Shown in pieces: positions 38,134 to 47,606 of a stretch of 64,000 bases of DNA. A program made the position numbers and the translations under genes. Numbering within the stretch: the stretch's first letter is position 1; every line of letters starts with the position of its first letter. The notes below the pieces were generated by a model, which was not told the DNA's origin, ran no database searches, and saw nothing but the letters and a program-made list of their open reading frames with translations. Location of the stretch: the sequence record NC_023719.1; one strand, 5' to 3'.

Positions 38134-38487
38134 ATGACAACTATAATAGAAGCTTATTTACCGTTTGGAAATTTCAGCGTTATTGAAGATGGAAAAAGAG
38201 TAAAGAACTTAATTGAATTTAAATTCGAAGCAGAAGCTTTAGGTTTATCGTATTTGACTTTAAAATTTGGAGATATTGAAAGACCTGATAATACAGATGT
38301 CTCAAAGACTGTAATGGCTCATTTAGCTAATCAACTCCAACATATAAAAATTGAAATAAATGGACCTATGGGATCTGACGTTACTGTATATATTGACGGA
38401 GTATGTGAAAAGACTTTACAAAAATTGAATTTAGAATGTGATAAATATGGTGAAAATAATTTAACGATACAAAAAGTTTTATGTTAA
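38134..38487 (+). CDS. Hypothetical protein, 117 aa
   Basis: AAGGAG RBS; operon context. Confidence 0.7.
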   Translation: MTTIIEAYLPFGNFSVIEDGKRVKNLIEFKFEAEALGLSYLTLKFGDIERPDNTDVSKTVMAHLANQLQHIKIEINGPMGSDVTVYIDGVCEKTLQKLNLECDKYGENNLTIQKVLC

Positions 38488-38507
38488 AATAAGGAAGTGA
38501 AGATTAA

Positions 38508-39221
38508 ATGACAGCAGTAAATGTCAGTCAATGCAAGGTTTGTCAAAGTCAATTTCGCAATGTAATCGAGCAATTACATTTAAATGGGTTATCGCCTGAA
38601 AAAATATTTGAGTATTTAAGTCATTTGACAGATCCAAATGAGAAAGCAGTAGTTCAAAAAGAAAATATAAAACCTTCTTCTATAAGACGTCATTTAAAGA
38701 ATCACTTTAATTCTGAAGAAGGTTCAAAGATTAAAATAGCAGAAACAAGAGCTAGATTAACTCAAAGTCGTAATTTATATAACGAAGGTGTACAAATCAC
38801 AATTGATAAAGTTAATACGATTAGTCATTTAATAGATTCCGCTATGATTAGAATTGAAGAGTTAGACGATCATGCTAATAAAAGAGAAAAACACTCTATG
38901 ACTATTAATTACATGAATTCAATTAAAGGTTTAGTCGAAACTTTAGGTAAATTAACTGGAGAGTTAAAACAAGAAGGTACAATAGATATTAACTTCTTTA
39001 GTAATGAAATTGCTAACTTTGCTGAGATAGTTTTACAATCAATTAGATCTGTTGATAGACAATTAGGTCTAAACGGGCAATTAGAAGTAACTTTCGCGCA
39101 AGAGTTTGGTACTCAATGGAAGAATTTCCAAGATAGACAAGTTAGAATTGTTAACGGTGAAATTGGTATGATGGATGAGAATAAACATATGAATGTTAAT
39201 ACATTTAATGAAAATGTTTAA
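38508..39221 (+). CDS. Putative C2H2-type Zn/HTH plus coiled-coil protein (small-terminase-like architecture)
   Basis: CKVC...GLSPEKIFEYL...SSIRRHLKNH followed by a long helical region. Confidence 0.45.
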   Translation: MTAVNVSQCKVCQSQFRNVIEQLHLNGLSPEKIFEYLSHLTDPNEKAVVQKENIKPSSIRRHLKNHFNSEEGSKIKIAETRARLTQSRNLYNEGVQITIDKVNTISHLIDSAMIRIEELDDHANKREKHSMTINYMNSIKGLVETLGKLTGELKQEGTIDINFFSNEIANFAEIVLQSIRSVDRQLGLNGQLEVTFAQEFGTQWKNFQDRQVRIVNGEIGMMDENKHMNVNTFNENV

Positions 39222-39236
39222 TAGAGAGGTGAAATA

Positions 39237-39758
39237 ATGTCTAATTACAAATTTAAAAAGTTTAATGATTTAGTAAATTTTCTGTTTAGCGCAAAGTTAG
39301 TTAGTAATGAGTTTGATAATGCATTAGACGATTGGGAAGCCTCTTATGTATCTATTACAATATCACAAGGTTTAGAATTATCACTTAATACTAAAATAAT
39401 AGATCCGAGTGGTGTAAATGAATATATGACTTGGAAAAACGTAAAACCTTTAGTTAGGTCATATTTAAGTCAAAATATGACTCAAGAATTTAGTAATATT
39501 GAATGGTTTGATAGAATAGTATTACAAATTGATAAGTTAGATATTAGACTTAGATGCCCGAAAAAATTAAAAGACGTATTTGATCCAACTATTCAATATG
39601 ATTCATTTAGATTAAACTTCTTGACAGATTTAGGGTTACACATGATGATGGCTAACGCTGTTGAGAAAGAATTTCCAGCAGATCCAGAAGCATTCAGTAA
39701 CTGGAATCTCTACATCTATAATATCGTAGAAAAATGGAAAAAAGATAATGGAAAATAA
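39237..39758 (+). CDS. Hypothetical protein, 173 aa
   Basis: GAGGTGA RBS. Confidence 0.7.
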   Translation: MSNYKFKKFNDLVNFLFSAKLVSNEFDNALDDWEASYVSITISQGLELSLNTKIIDPSGVNEYMTWKNVKPLVRSYLSQNMTQEFSNIEWFDRIVLQIDKLDIRLRCPKKLKDVFDPTIQYDSFRLNFLTDLGLHMMMANAVEKEFPADPEAFSNWNLYIYNIVEKWKKDNGK

Positions 39759-39781
39759 TTATTATATAGTGAATAGTTTTT

Positions 39782-39838
39782 AATAAAAAACAACAAATGA
39801 TTAAGTTTTGGTAAAATAATCATTTGTTGTTTTTTATT
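39782..39838. terminator. 22-bp perfect inverted repeat / bidirectional terminator
   Basis: AATAAAAAACAACAAATGATTA (39782-39803) and TAATCATTTGTTGTTTTTTATT (39817-39838) between converging genes. Confidence 0.75.
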
Positions 39839-39848
39839 TGCTTGAATT

Positions 39849-40133
39849 TCAATTATCTATATTGCAAGTTTTAACAGCATAATGGAAAATCAATTGTTTA
39901 TCTTTTAATTCTGTAACTCTATTACTTGTTTCATCAAAACGAATAATTTTGTCATCAGAAGGATAATTAAATGGTAATAGAGCTGGGACACCTGGTATTC
40001 TATCATCTAACATATACAACTTATCTTCAAAAAGGAAAAAATCAAAGCCTCTTTTAATAAGTGTTGGTAGTATATTAAACATCTCTACGTAATCATAAAT
40101 ATTCATGTTTAACTCCTCAATTAAAGTTTGCAA
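39849..40133 (-). CDS. Small hypothetical protein, minus-strand family 2
   Basis: FFLFEDKLY...PFN...LIFHY. Confidence 0.6.
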   Translation of the reverse strand: MQTLIEELNMNIYDYVEMFNILPTLIKRGFDFFLFEDKLYMLDDRIPGVPALLPFNYPSDDKIIRFDETSNRVTELKDKQLIFHYAVKTCNIDN

Positions 40134-40555
40134 ACAATAATTTCAACGTCAATATCTTTAAAAGTTTCTTGAATAAAATTCCTACTTTCACTCCAACTTA
40201 ATCTATCAAGGCCGCTACCAATTAGTGGCATACCGATTTTTTTAATATTGTTTTCTAAAACAACTTTTTTTAGGTTGAGGATGGTTTGATTGAAAGAATC
40301 TCTTGTTGGTTTACCAGTAGAATATTTTTTCGTAATTAAATTTAATACTTGATGAGTTAAAATGTTCTTTTTATATAAAATAACATCGCCGATTGCTAAA
40401 TCCATATTTTGAAGTTTAGGTCTTAGCCCACCATATCTTTTTGCAAATTCAACAGCGATGCCAGCACCCATTCGTGCATCAGTTGCAATGCAATGCGCTA
40501 GTACGTAATCTGTTGGTAGAGTGAATAGATCTTTTTTAGTTTCTTCGTAATGCAT
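40121..40555 (-). CDS. Macrodomain protein of TARG1/OARD1 (DarG-like) class, ADP-ribose hydrolase
   Basis: DLF...LAHCIATDARMGAGIAVEF, LITK...KPT and MPLIGSGLDRLSW align by eye with TARG1 motifs, including the catalytic Lys and Asp. Confidence 0.88.
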   Translation of the reverse strand: MHYEETKKDLFTLPTDYVLAHCIATDARMGAGIAVEFAKRYGGLRPKLQNMDLAIGDVILYKKNILTHQVLNLITKKYSTGKPTRDSFNQTILNLKKVVLENNIKKIGMPLIGSGLDRLSWSESRNFIQETFKDIDVEIIVCKL

Positions 40556-40624
40556 TTCTTACACCTCCAATATTATAATAATAAGATCATTATCTGTAGA
40601 AAGTGAGTTAATTTTATCCAAGTA

Positions 40625-40861
40625 TTAAACTTTGTAGATGTATTGTAATATTACGTCTATAGAAGTTAATTGAATTACATCTTCACAATATTTAATGTCG
40701 TTAAATTCTATGATGTCACCAGCTCTAAGTTGATAAAAAGGAACATTTACGTTTAAAAACTCATAGAATTTTTCATGATAATTTTTTACATAAACCCTAT
40801 CTTCTATTAAATAGAACTCTGATTTCATATTAAGGAAGCTTTTGATTATTTCTACGCTCAT
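40625..40861 (-). CDS. Small hypothetical protein, family 2
   Basis: FYLIEDRVY...PFY...ILQYI. Confidence 0.6.
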   Translation of the reverse strand: MSVEIIKSFLNMKSEFYLIEDRVYVKNYHEKFYEFLNVNVPFYQLRAGDIIEFNDIKYCEDVIQLTSIDVILQYIYKV

Positions 40862-40864
40862 TTC

Positions 40865-41164
40865 TTAGACCTTTCTTTCGTTAGTATTTGATTGAATATA
40901 ATTCATAAACAACTCTAAGTTTTTAGGTAATATCGTTATTTTTTCTTTACCCGTGAAAGCCTTAGGATTTGCAAATTTTCTTTTATAGAAGTATTCATAA
41001 AAAGGGTAGTAAGTAGGTAAGTAATCAATTTGATTTTCTAAGTACTTATATTTACGACGAATAAATACTTCGTTATCTATAAGAAAAAAATCCCACAAAT
41101 CCAAATTTGGTTCAATATCGAAATTTAAAGAAAATTTAATCCTAATCGTTGAATCCATATGCAT
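40865..41164 (-). CDS. Small hypothetical protein, family 2
   Basis: FFLIDNEVF...PFY...LFMNYI. Confidence 0.6.
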   Translation of the reverse strand: MHMDSTIRIKFSLNFDIEPNLDLWDFFLIDNEVFIRRKYKYLENQIDYLPTYYPFYEYFYKRKFANPKAFTGKEKITILPKNLELFMNYIQSNTNERKV

Positions 41165-41372
41165 AATGCATCAAAATCTCCTTTTCGTTAGGTAAAAGTA
41201 TTATGCTTTCTGTATCTACAATCATTGTAGATGATGTTAACATGAAACAACTACTTTCAAAGCTAAATATTATTCTATATAAGAAAATATCTTCTGGGTC
41301 ATTCTTTGTATAGAGGTTATTTTTATAAAGATAGACTTCGTCTATATAAGGCATTTTCATAAGACATACCAC
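41142..41372 (-). CDS. Small hypothetical protein, family 2
   Basis: VYLYKNNLY...ILLPNEKEILMHYA. Confidence 0.55.
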   Translation of the reverse strand: MVCLMKMPYIDEVYLYKNNLYTKNDPEDIFLYRIIFSFESSCFMLTSSTMIVDTESIILLPNEKEILMHYAYGFND

Positions 41373-41492
41373 CTTTTAATGAAATTATATAGTTATTTCT
41401 ATATATGCAAACAGCTTATTAATTTTTATTTAAAAAATAGTTCGCTATCCTTATATATATATCAAATAACAAAAAATAAAAGAGGGGAAAAT

Positions 41493-42044
41493 GTGAAAAT
41501 ACTATTTATATCTTTAGCGATAACAGTTTTGTTTTCTCTCATTAATTTCTTTTTATATCGTTTTATTTCTAAAAAGAGATTAGAATATTTTAATGAATTA
41601 TTTTTTGAATTAAGTGCTTATCAATTGTGTATAATATTTTGCTTGCCGGTTATGAACATTTATTATTTCATTGGTATGTTACTCGATTTAAGAAACTTGA
41701 AAAAAGAAAAAATCAATTTAGAACTTGGATTAATAGAAATAAGTGATTTAAACGGAACTTTACTTAATGAGCAACAAATCGAGAAAATTGACGCTATTGT
41801 TACAATGATGACACTACTTGATTATCATATAAAGACGAAATACGGGATTGATGGGAAGAAAAACCATACTTGTCTTCAACTAACTACATCAAGTAATGAT
41901 ATTAATATTGATTTATCTATTTATTTTGTAAAAGATGAATTAACGTGGTCTAATTTAAGTATAATTGAACGAGGAACCGTGGTTAGAGTTGAAAGTGATA
42001 AAATAGAAAAATGTTTAAGATTAATAGAAGATTTTGTAAATTAA
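41493..42044 (+). CDS. Membrane protein with two N-terminal TM segments
   Basis: GTG start after AGAGGGG; two hydrophobic helices. Confidence 0.65.
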   Translation: MKILFISLAITVLFSLINFFLYRFISKKRLEYFNELFFELSAYQLCIIFCLPVMNIYYFIGMLLDLRNLKKEKINLELGLIEISDLNGTLLNEQQIEKIDAIVTMMTLLDYHIKTKYGIDGKKNHTCLQLTTSSNDINIDLSIYFVKDELTWSNLSIIERGTVVRVESDKIEKCLRLIEDFVN

Positions 42045-42055
42045 AGGAGAAAAAT

Positions 42056-42262
42056 ATGAGTACAAAACAAGTGCAGAAATCGCAAGTAAGTAAATCGGAA
42101 ATTGCAGATAAAATAAAGCAAAAGTATGTTTTAAATAAGACTATTGCAAAGAGTATTGTAGATGATGTTGTTACGCAGACGCATAGACACGGTTTTGTAT
42201 TAGTATCAAGAAAAAGATTGTCTTATTTAGAAGAGTTAGAGAAAAAATTAAAGCAAAGTTAG
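42056..42262 (+). CDS. Small basic hypothetical protein
   Basis: ATG after AAAGGAG (track start 42011 extended too far). Confidence 0.65.
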   Translation: MSTKQVQKSQVSKSEIADKIKQKYVLNKTIAKSIVDDVVTQTHRHGFVLVSRKRLSYLEELEKKLKQS

Positions 42263-42277
42263 AAAGAAGGGATAATT

Positions 42278-42502
42278 TTGTACGATACAATAGTACTTTC
42301 AATATTTTTTGTGATAGTAGTTCCAATGATTTTTTTATTACTCTTAAGTAGAGGAAAAGTTGAAATGAAATGTTTGAAATGTAAGAAAACGTTTACTCAA
42401 TTTAGAGTGCGTTCTCATAGCTACTATTATGAGCAAAGATGCCCACATTGCAACTATAGATATAGCACAATGAGAAGAAAGAAAGTTACCCTAAAAAGGT
42501 AA
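42278..42502 (+). CDS. TM helix + Zn-ribbon (CLKC...CPHC) small protein
   Basis: Hydrophobic N-terminus, two CxxC. Confidence 0.65.
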   Translation: MYDTIVLSIFFVIVVPMIFLLLLSRGKVEMKCLKCKKTFTQFRVRSHSYYYEQRCPHCNYRYSTMRRKKVTLKR

Positions 42503-42510
42503 CTTTTTTA
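42482..42510 (+). terminator. Intrinsic terminator before the array
   Basis: AAAGTTACC-ctaaaaa-GGTAACTTT-TTT. Confidence 0.7.
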
Positions 42511-42559
42511 TTTTTAACACTTTATTACATAAAATGAATTAAAAAAGGAGAGAAGAACA

Positions 42560-43225
42560 ATGGAATTACAACTAAGAGGGTTAAATATACAAGCGCATTC
42601 GCATATAGTAGGAAAAATCGAAGAAATAAAAAAATATTGTGATTCATTCACAGAACAATCTTTTAATGATGCAGGGAAATTAGAAATTAAATTGTTGTTT
42701 AAGAAAAATAGAGATTTTCGACAATTAAACTTGGAATTAATTTCTAAGAGAAAAAAATATTTTCTTCAATCTCTTCAAATAGAAGATGGTAAAATTTATA
42801 ACTCTCTATACTCAGAAAATGGTGAAGCTTTGCAAATTTCTTTAGGTTTAATTAGAGAATTAAGTAAAATTACTGATTTTTTTTATCTTAGTGATCACAA
42901 GTTAGATTTTGACATTGATAAAATTTATTGTAGAGATAATCTTTGTCCATTTTGCGAAAGTAAAATGAATAAGAAAGAGGAGTATTTATCTTATAGCGTA
43001 ACACCAAACATAGAAGTTTACGAGTGTATAAACAATTGTTATAAGCTTTCCAGATCAAAAAATAAAATTGAAATGAGTGGGAATTTTCAAATAATTGGTC
43101 AAAATCATTATGTGGACTTAGATGAATCTATAGAGGAAAGAATTAAGGCGTTAAAAGAAATATCAGAGGAAATTGACTATTGGAGAGAAGGAGATAGATA
43201 TTTAGCAGAAATTTTGAAAAAATAA
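42560..43225 (+). CDS. Array family member 1
   Basis: CRDNLCPFC...CINNCY...YWREGDRYLAEILK. Confidence 0.85.
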   Translation: MELQLRGLNIQAHSHIVGKIEEIKKYCDSFTEQSFNDAGKLEIKLLFKKNRDFRQLNLELISKRKKYFLQSLQIEDGKIYNSLYSENGEALQISLGLIRELSKITDFFYLSDHKLDFDIDKIYCRDNLCPFCESKMNKKEEYLSYSVTPNIEVYECINNCYKLSRSKNKIEMSGNFQIIGQNHYVDLDESIEERIKALKEISEEIDYWREGDRYLAEILKK

Positions 43226-43239
43226 GAGAGGTAAATATC

Positions 43240-43554
43240 TTGATTAATTCAAAAGAATATAATGATTCTATAAGTCGAATAAGAGAAATCTTGGAAATTA
43301 AACAAGTTGAACTATCTCTCGTCACTGGCGTAGAGATAGAAATAAGCGAACTTCCAAAAGTAGATGATTGCATATGTTTCAGAGTAATGAAGAGAAACAA
43401 TTTTTTTCCAAGCATGTTAATGAGAATTGATACTTATATTAAGGGTTCTAAAATATTATATCAATATAGCAATTATAGGAAGTCTTATGAGTATGATTCA
43501 GTAGACTTAGTTATAGAAAAAATAAAGGAGTATCATTTTAAATGCAAAGTTTAA
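43240..43554 (+). CDS. Hypothetical protein (family 3-like), inserted in the array
   Basis: RIREILEIKQVELSLVTGVEIE resembles the 63582 N-terminus. Confidence 0.65.
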   Translation: MINSKEYNDSISRIREILEIKQVELSLVTGVEIEISELPKVDDCICFRVMKRNNFFPSMLMRIDTYIKGSKILYQYSNYRKSYEYDSVDLVIEKIKEYHFKCKV

Positions 43555-43871
43555 CATATTCTAAAAAAATTACAAACAAAATAAAAGATGCATTAGAAAG
43601 TGGAATTGTAGCGAGATTGTTGATAGATAATGAATTGAATTTAAGTTTATACGAAACGGAGAAAATGTCTTCTTTATTCTCATACAGTAAAAATTTCCAT
43701 GTAGAGATAAAGACAAGATTTCAAGTATACGACGTATTAAAAGTTGAAATAGCTTACGACGACGAGAACATTTATATATACCATACTTTGGGTGGAGATA
43801 AGCACAAATACCTTTTTGAATTCGAGTGTATAGACAAGGCGGTAGATCACATAAATTCTTTTTTCAACTAA
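43542..43871 (+). CDS. Hypothetical protein inserted in the array (possibly family 3)
   Basis: Coupled ORF; no Cys4 motif. Confidence 0.65.
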   Translation: MQSLTYSKKITNKIKDALESGIVARLLIDNELNLSLYETEKMSSLFSYSKNFHVEIKTRFQVYDVLKVEIAYDDENIYIYHTLGGDKHKYLFEFECIDKAVDHINSFFN

Positions 43872-43892
43872 AATAAAGGAAGGGTTAATCAG

Positions 43893-44543
43893 ATGAAGGG
43901 AAACTACTGGTACGAATTTGTGAGAGAAAATAAATTTAGTATTGTCGTTAATGACGTTGTTTTAGGACTATTAAATAACATTATTGAGTTTTCAGATAAA
44001 TCTACTATAACTTTAAATAGTGTCAAAGATGTGTTTAGTAAATATGAATTGAATATAGAAAAAGATAATTTCAAGAAGTCAATTTTTTTATTTTGTATTA
44101 ATAATAACTTGGTAAAAGCAAGTAAATATAATGCTTTTACCTCTGATGAATTAAGTGACGCTGTTGATTTCATGTTAGAACGAGATATTAATTATTATTT
44201 TGAAGAAATTTATCAAAATTCTAATGAATGGCAAAAAAATGAAAAAACGATATTTTGTAAAGATAATGTTTGTCCTATTTGTAATTCAAACATTGAAAAA
44301 ATAAGTGGTAAGCCAGTTTTAGTTGGTCACGAATACGTATCTTGTATAAGAGAATGTTACAGTGTCATGAGGCCATTATCAGAACGTGGTTATATCTTCT
44401 TAGACGTTTCTATAAAATTTGAAGGCTCAGGTAGATTTAAATCAATTGGTAGTACCCCTAGAGAAATTGCAAATGCAATTGTTACTTCAATAAATTACTG
44501 GAAAGAAAACGATAGATATTTAGCTGAATTATTAAAAGAATAA
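43893..44543 (+). CDS. Array family member 2
   Basis: CKDNVCPIC...CIRECY...YWKENDRYLAELLK. Confidence 0.85.
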   Translation: MKGNYWYEFVRENKFSIVVNDVVLGLLNNIIEFSDKSTITLNSVKDVFSKYELNIEKDNFKKSIFLFCINNNLVKASKYNAFTSDELSDAVDFMLERDINYYFEEIYQNSNEWQKNEKTIFCKDNVCPICNSNIEKISGKPVLVGHEYVSCIRECYSVMRPLSERGYIFLDVSIKFEGSGRFKSIGSTPREIANAIVTSINYWKENDRYLAELLKE

Positions 44544-44554
44544 TGATAGTAACA

Positions 44555-44584
44555 AAGATGGTGATATTATTTACCATCTTTTTA
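44555..44584 (+). terminator. Intrinsic terminator inside the array
   Basis: AAGATGGT-n10-ACCATCTT-TTT. Confidence 0.65.
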
Positions 44585-44660
44585 TTTTTCAAGACTATTT
44601 TAAATATAATTATCATATAACATAGATTTTACAATTAAATTTAAAAGAGGGTGATAGATA

Positions 44661-45278
44661 ATGTTTAACTTTAAAGGTGTTTATTTTAATTTAACCAAGA
44701 GAGAAGAAAATCATTTAAACGAACTCATCTCATTATCAGAGAACATAATTATAAAAAAAGATGAATCTCTCTGTACGCATAAAAGATATGATATTTACAG
44801 CGTTAGTGTTGTTATTAATAGTAAATGTAATTTTAAATTTAATGTAAAAGTAGATAATTATATCAACAGAATTATATCTTTTAAAGATATAGAAAATAAT
44901 TGCAAATTATCTTACACTGATATTGTAGATGGCGTTTTTTTAATGAAAAATGAAGAATTTAGAAAGAAACTTGATGTACTTAAATGTAAAAATAATATAT
45001 GTCCAATGTGCGGCGCTACGATGATAGAAGAAAGTGTGTTTATTAATATATTTTCTAGGTTAGAATGTTTGAATTCTTGTTATCGTATAACTAATAATAA
45101 TTTATTTTCATCAAATAAAATTTCAATTGGCGCAGTATTACTTAATGATATTTACATTAATGTAGGGGAAAGAGATTTTTCTTTACAGAAAAGAATTGAA
45201 ATAGTAGAAGAATCTTATGAAAAAATACTCTATTGGAAAGAGAACGATAGATATTTAACAAAACTACTGCAAAAATGA
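44661..45278 (+). CDS. Array family member 3
   Basis: CKNNICPMC...CLNSCY...YWKENDRYLTKLL. Confidence 0.85.
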   Translation: MFNFKGVYFNLTKREENHLNELISLSENIIIKKDESLCTHKRYDIYSVSVVINSKCNFKFNVKVDNYINRIISFKDIENNCKLSYTDIVDGVFLMKNEEFRKKLDVLKCKNNICPMCGATMIEESVFINIFSRLECLNSCYRITNNNLFSSNKISIGAVLLNDIYINVGERDFSLQKRIEIVEESYEKILYWKENDRYLTKLLQK

Positions 45279-45320
45279 TTGTCAAAATTATTGTTAATGT
45301 GATATAATAAATATATAAGG
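45279..45320 (+). promoter_or_regulatory. sigmaA-like promoter, conserved phage class
   Basis: TTGTCA (45279-45284), 18 bp spacer, TG-A-TATAAT (45303-45308), AAATATATAAGG. Confidence 0.75.
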
Positions 45321-45327
45321 AGAAATA

Positions 45328-45969
45328 ATGATGTATGATTTTGAAGGTATTGAAATTAATATTACAGAAGATGACAAGAGAGTTTTAATCTTAGAAGAAA
45401 TTAGAGAGTTGTCGTCTAAAATAAAAACAAAACAATCACAAATAAATGCGTATGGAAAATTGTTTCATAACATAACTGTAATAGTATACTTAAAAGATAG
45501 TCAATATTTTGCTTTTCGTTTATGTCTCAATGAATCGATGGAAATATCAAATGTAACAATAACTGAAAACCATGCTCTAATGGTGGGTAAAATAGATCAA
45601 ATGATAAGACTTTCTAAAATTGTAGATATGATGTACGTTTATCAAAATGAAGAAATGAATGAAAAATTAGACATTATAAGATGTCTAAGCGAAAAATGCC
45701 CTATCTGTTCTTCTGAAGTATTGAAGAACCGTTTTGGATTAAATCACGCTCGAAAATGTATTAACGGATGTTACACAACTGAATATCGAGAAAATATAAA
45801 ATTATTAAAAATAGATGTGCAGTTGTTTGATGAAGCAGATGACGTATTCTTTATTAAGCACGGTAAAACAACGTTGCAAGATAGAATAAACATAATTAAT
45901 AATCTTTATAGTGAAATTTTATTTTGGAAAGAAAATGACAGGTATTTAGCTAAAATACTAGTGAAATGA
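45328..45969 (+). CDS. Array family member 4
   Basis: CLSEKCPIC...CINGCY...FWKENDRYLAKIL. Confidence 0.85.
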   Translation: MMYDFEGIEINITEDDKRVLILEEIRELSSKIKTKQSQINAYGKLFHNITVIVYLKDSQYFAFRLCLNESMEISNVTITENHALMVGKIDQMIRLSKIVDMMYVYQNEEMNEKLDIIRCLSEKCPICSSEVLKNRFGLNHARKCINGCYTTEYRENIKLLKIDVQLFDEADDVFFIKHGKTTLQDRINIINNLYSEILFWKENDRYLAKILVK

Positions 45970-45979
45970 GTGGTAAATA

Positions 45980-46594
45980 ATGTATGAATTTGGAGATTTA
46001 AAAATAAATGCTACTAAAGGACAAGTTGAGAAATTGGATGACATTAAGAGTGTTAGTGATTCAATTACTACAAGTTTAGTTTATAGATCTACTGATAAAT
46101 TAGTTTTTTTAGTAAAAGTAGCAAAAAACAATCATAAATACACTTTCTTTATGACTTTAAGGGAAGATGAAATAATGAAGATAAGTTTCGAACAACCTCA
46201 ATATACTGATAAAAAATTATTATTTTCACAACTATCGCATGTAATGTTTGAACATTTAATAATTGTTGCAGATTCGTTATACTTAAGTCAAGATGAACAA
46301 TGCAATGATAAACTAAAAGCTATAATTTGTCAAGATTCTTGTCCTATTTGTGATTCAAAATTGGAAAATAACAATGATTTTTCTGTTACTCTTAAATCAT
46401 GTGCAAATAATTGCTATGAAATAAATAAGAGTTTTAATAAAATGTTATTTCAATTAATGATATTTGATAATCTTTATATTAACAACACAGTCACATCTTT
46501 GCAACAGAGAATAGAGTTTGTAGATAAAGTTTATGATGAAATCTTATATTGGAAAAACGGAGAAAGATATCTTGTAAAATTACTTTCAAAATGA
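45980..46594 (+). CDS. Array family member 5
   Basis: CQDSCPIC...CANNCY...YWKNGERYLVKLL. Confidence 0.85.
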   Translation: MYEFGDLKINATKGQVEKLDDIKSVSDSITTSLVYRSTDKLVFLVKVAKNNHKYTFFMTLREDEIMKISFEQPQYTDKKLLFSQLSHVMFEHLIIVADSLYLSQDEQCNDKLKAIICQDSCPICDSKLENNNDFSVTLKSCANNCYEINKSFNKMLFQLMIFDNLYINNTVTSLQQRIEFVDKVYDEILYWKNGERYLVKLLSK

Positions 46595-46607
46595 AGGAGT
46601 TAATATT

Positions 46608-47261
46608 ATGTATTTATACATTTTTAATGATATTAAAATGAGTGTACGTGAAAATATTGCAAATTTACTTGAAGATCTTTCATATTATGACGTTAAAATA
46701 ATTGGAAGCAGCATAAAAAATCTTACTGAGGTTTACGAAGTGAAAGTTACTAATAAAAGTTGTTCAATTTGTTTTAAAATGCATGTTGACAAACATTCAA
46801 GACAATTCTTTGGATTAACAATTCCTTCCAGTAACTATGAAGAAGATAGTTTACTTTATGGAGCTAAAGAATTGGAATTGATATTTTTAGATTTTATTGA
46901 AAAATTAGATTTAGCTGGAAATAAAGAAATAAATGAAATATTAGATACTATAAAGTGTGAAAATGGATTGTGTCCTATTTGTAAATCCAAAGTAAAAATA
47001 CGGATAACACATAGTCACAATACTTATACCTGTCAAAATGAATGTTATATATTAATAACTCGACCTTTAAAAAGTAATAAAGTTAAATCAATACTTGATG
47101 TAATAATTTTTGGAAGCAGTATTTTTGAAAAAGGTGAAGAAAAACCAGACATAGCAAGAATGCCTATGCATTTGAAAATAAACTTTATAGATAGAATCTA
47201 TAGACAAATTAACTATTGGAAAAACGGAGAAAAATATTTAGCGAAAATACTTTCAAAATAA
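46608..47261 (+). CDS. Array family member 6
   Basis: CENGLCPIC...CQNECY...YWKNGEKYLAKIL. Confidence 0.85.
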   Translation: MYLYIFNDIKMSVRENIANLLEDLSYYDVKIIGSSIKNLTEVYEVKVTNKSCSICFKMHVDKHSRQFFGLTIPSSNYEEDSLLYGAKELELIFLDFIEKLDLAGNKEINEILDTIKCENGLCPICKSKVKIRITHSHNTYTCQNECYILITRPLKSNKVKSILDVIIFGSSIFEKGEEKPDIARMPMHLKINFIDRIYRQINYWKNGEKYLAKILSK

Positions 47262-47275
47262 AAGGGGGATACAAA

Positions 47276-47590
47276 ATGAAAAAAATATATTTTAATGTTA
47301 GCAATGGACAAATAGAAGATCCAAATAATAGTTATTTTCCAAGGTATAAAGCGATGTGCCGTTTTGGGAAAATTAAAGAAATATACACTCTCTTTTCTAT
47401 TGATGCAATATTAGAAAACGGACAAGATTGGGTAGATCATCAAATAAAACATGAGTATAAAGATTGGAAGTATTATTCTAACTTAAGAAAAGAATTACAA
47501 AATTTTATTGCACAACCAAAGTTTTGGTTTAAAAGAACAAACTACAAAGAAGGATTAACTAATAAATTTGTATGGATTAAAATTTATTAA
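47276..47590 (+). CDS. Unrelated hypothetical protein inserted in the array
   Basis: ATG after AAAGGGGG; no Cys4 motif. Confidence 0.65.
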   Translation: MKKIYFNVSNGQIEDPNNSYFPRYKAMCRFGKIKEIYTLFSIDAILENGQDWVDHQIKHEYKDWKYYSNLRKELQNFIAQPKFWFKRTNYKEGLTNKFVWIKIY

Positions 47591-47606
47591 AAAGGGTGCG
47601 TTTTAA

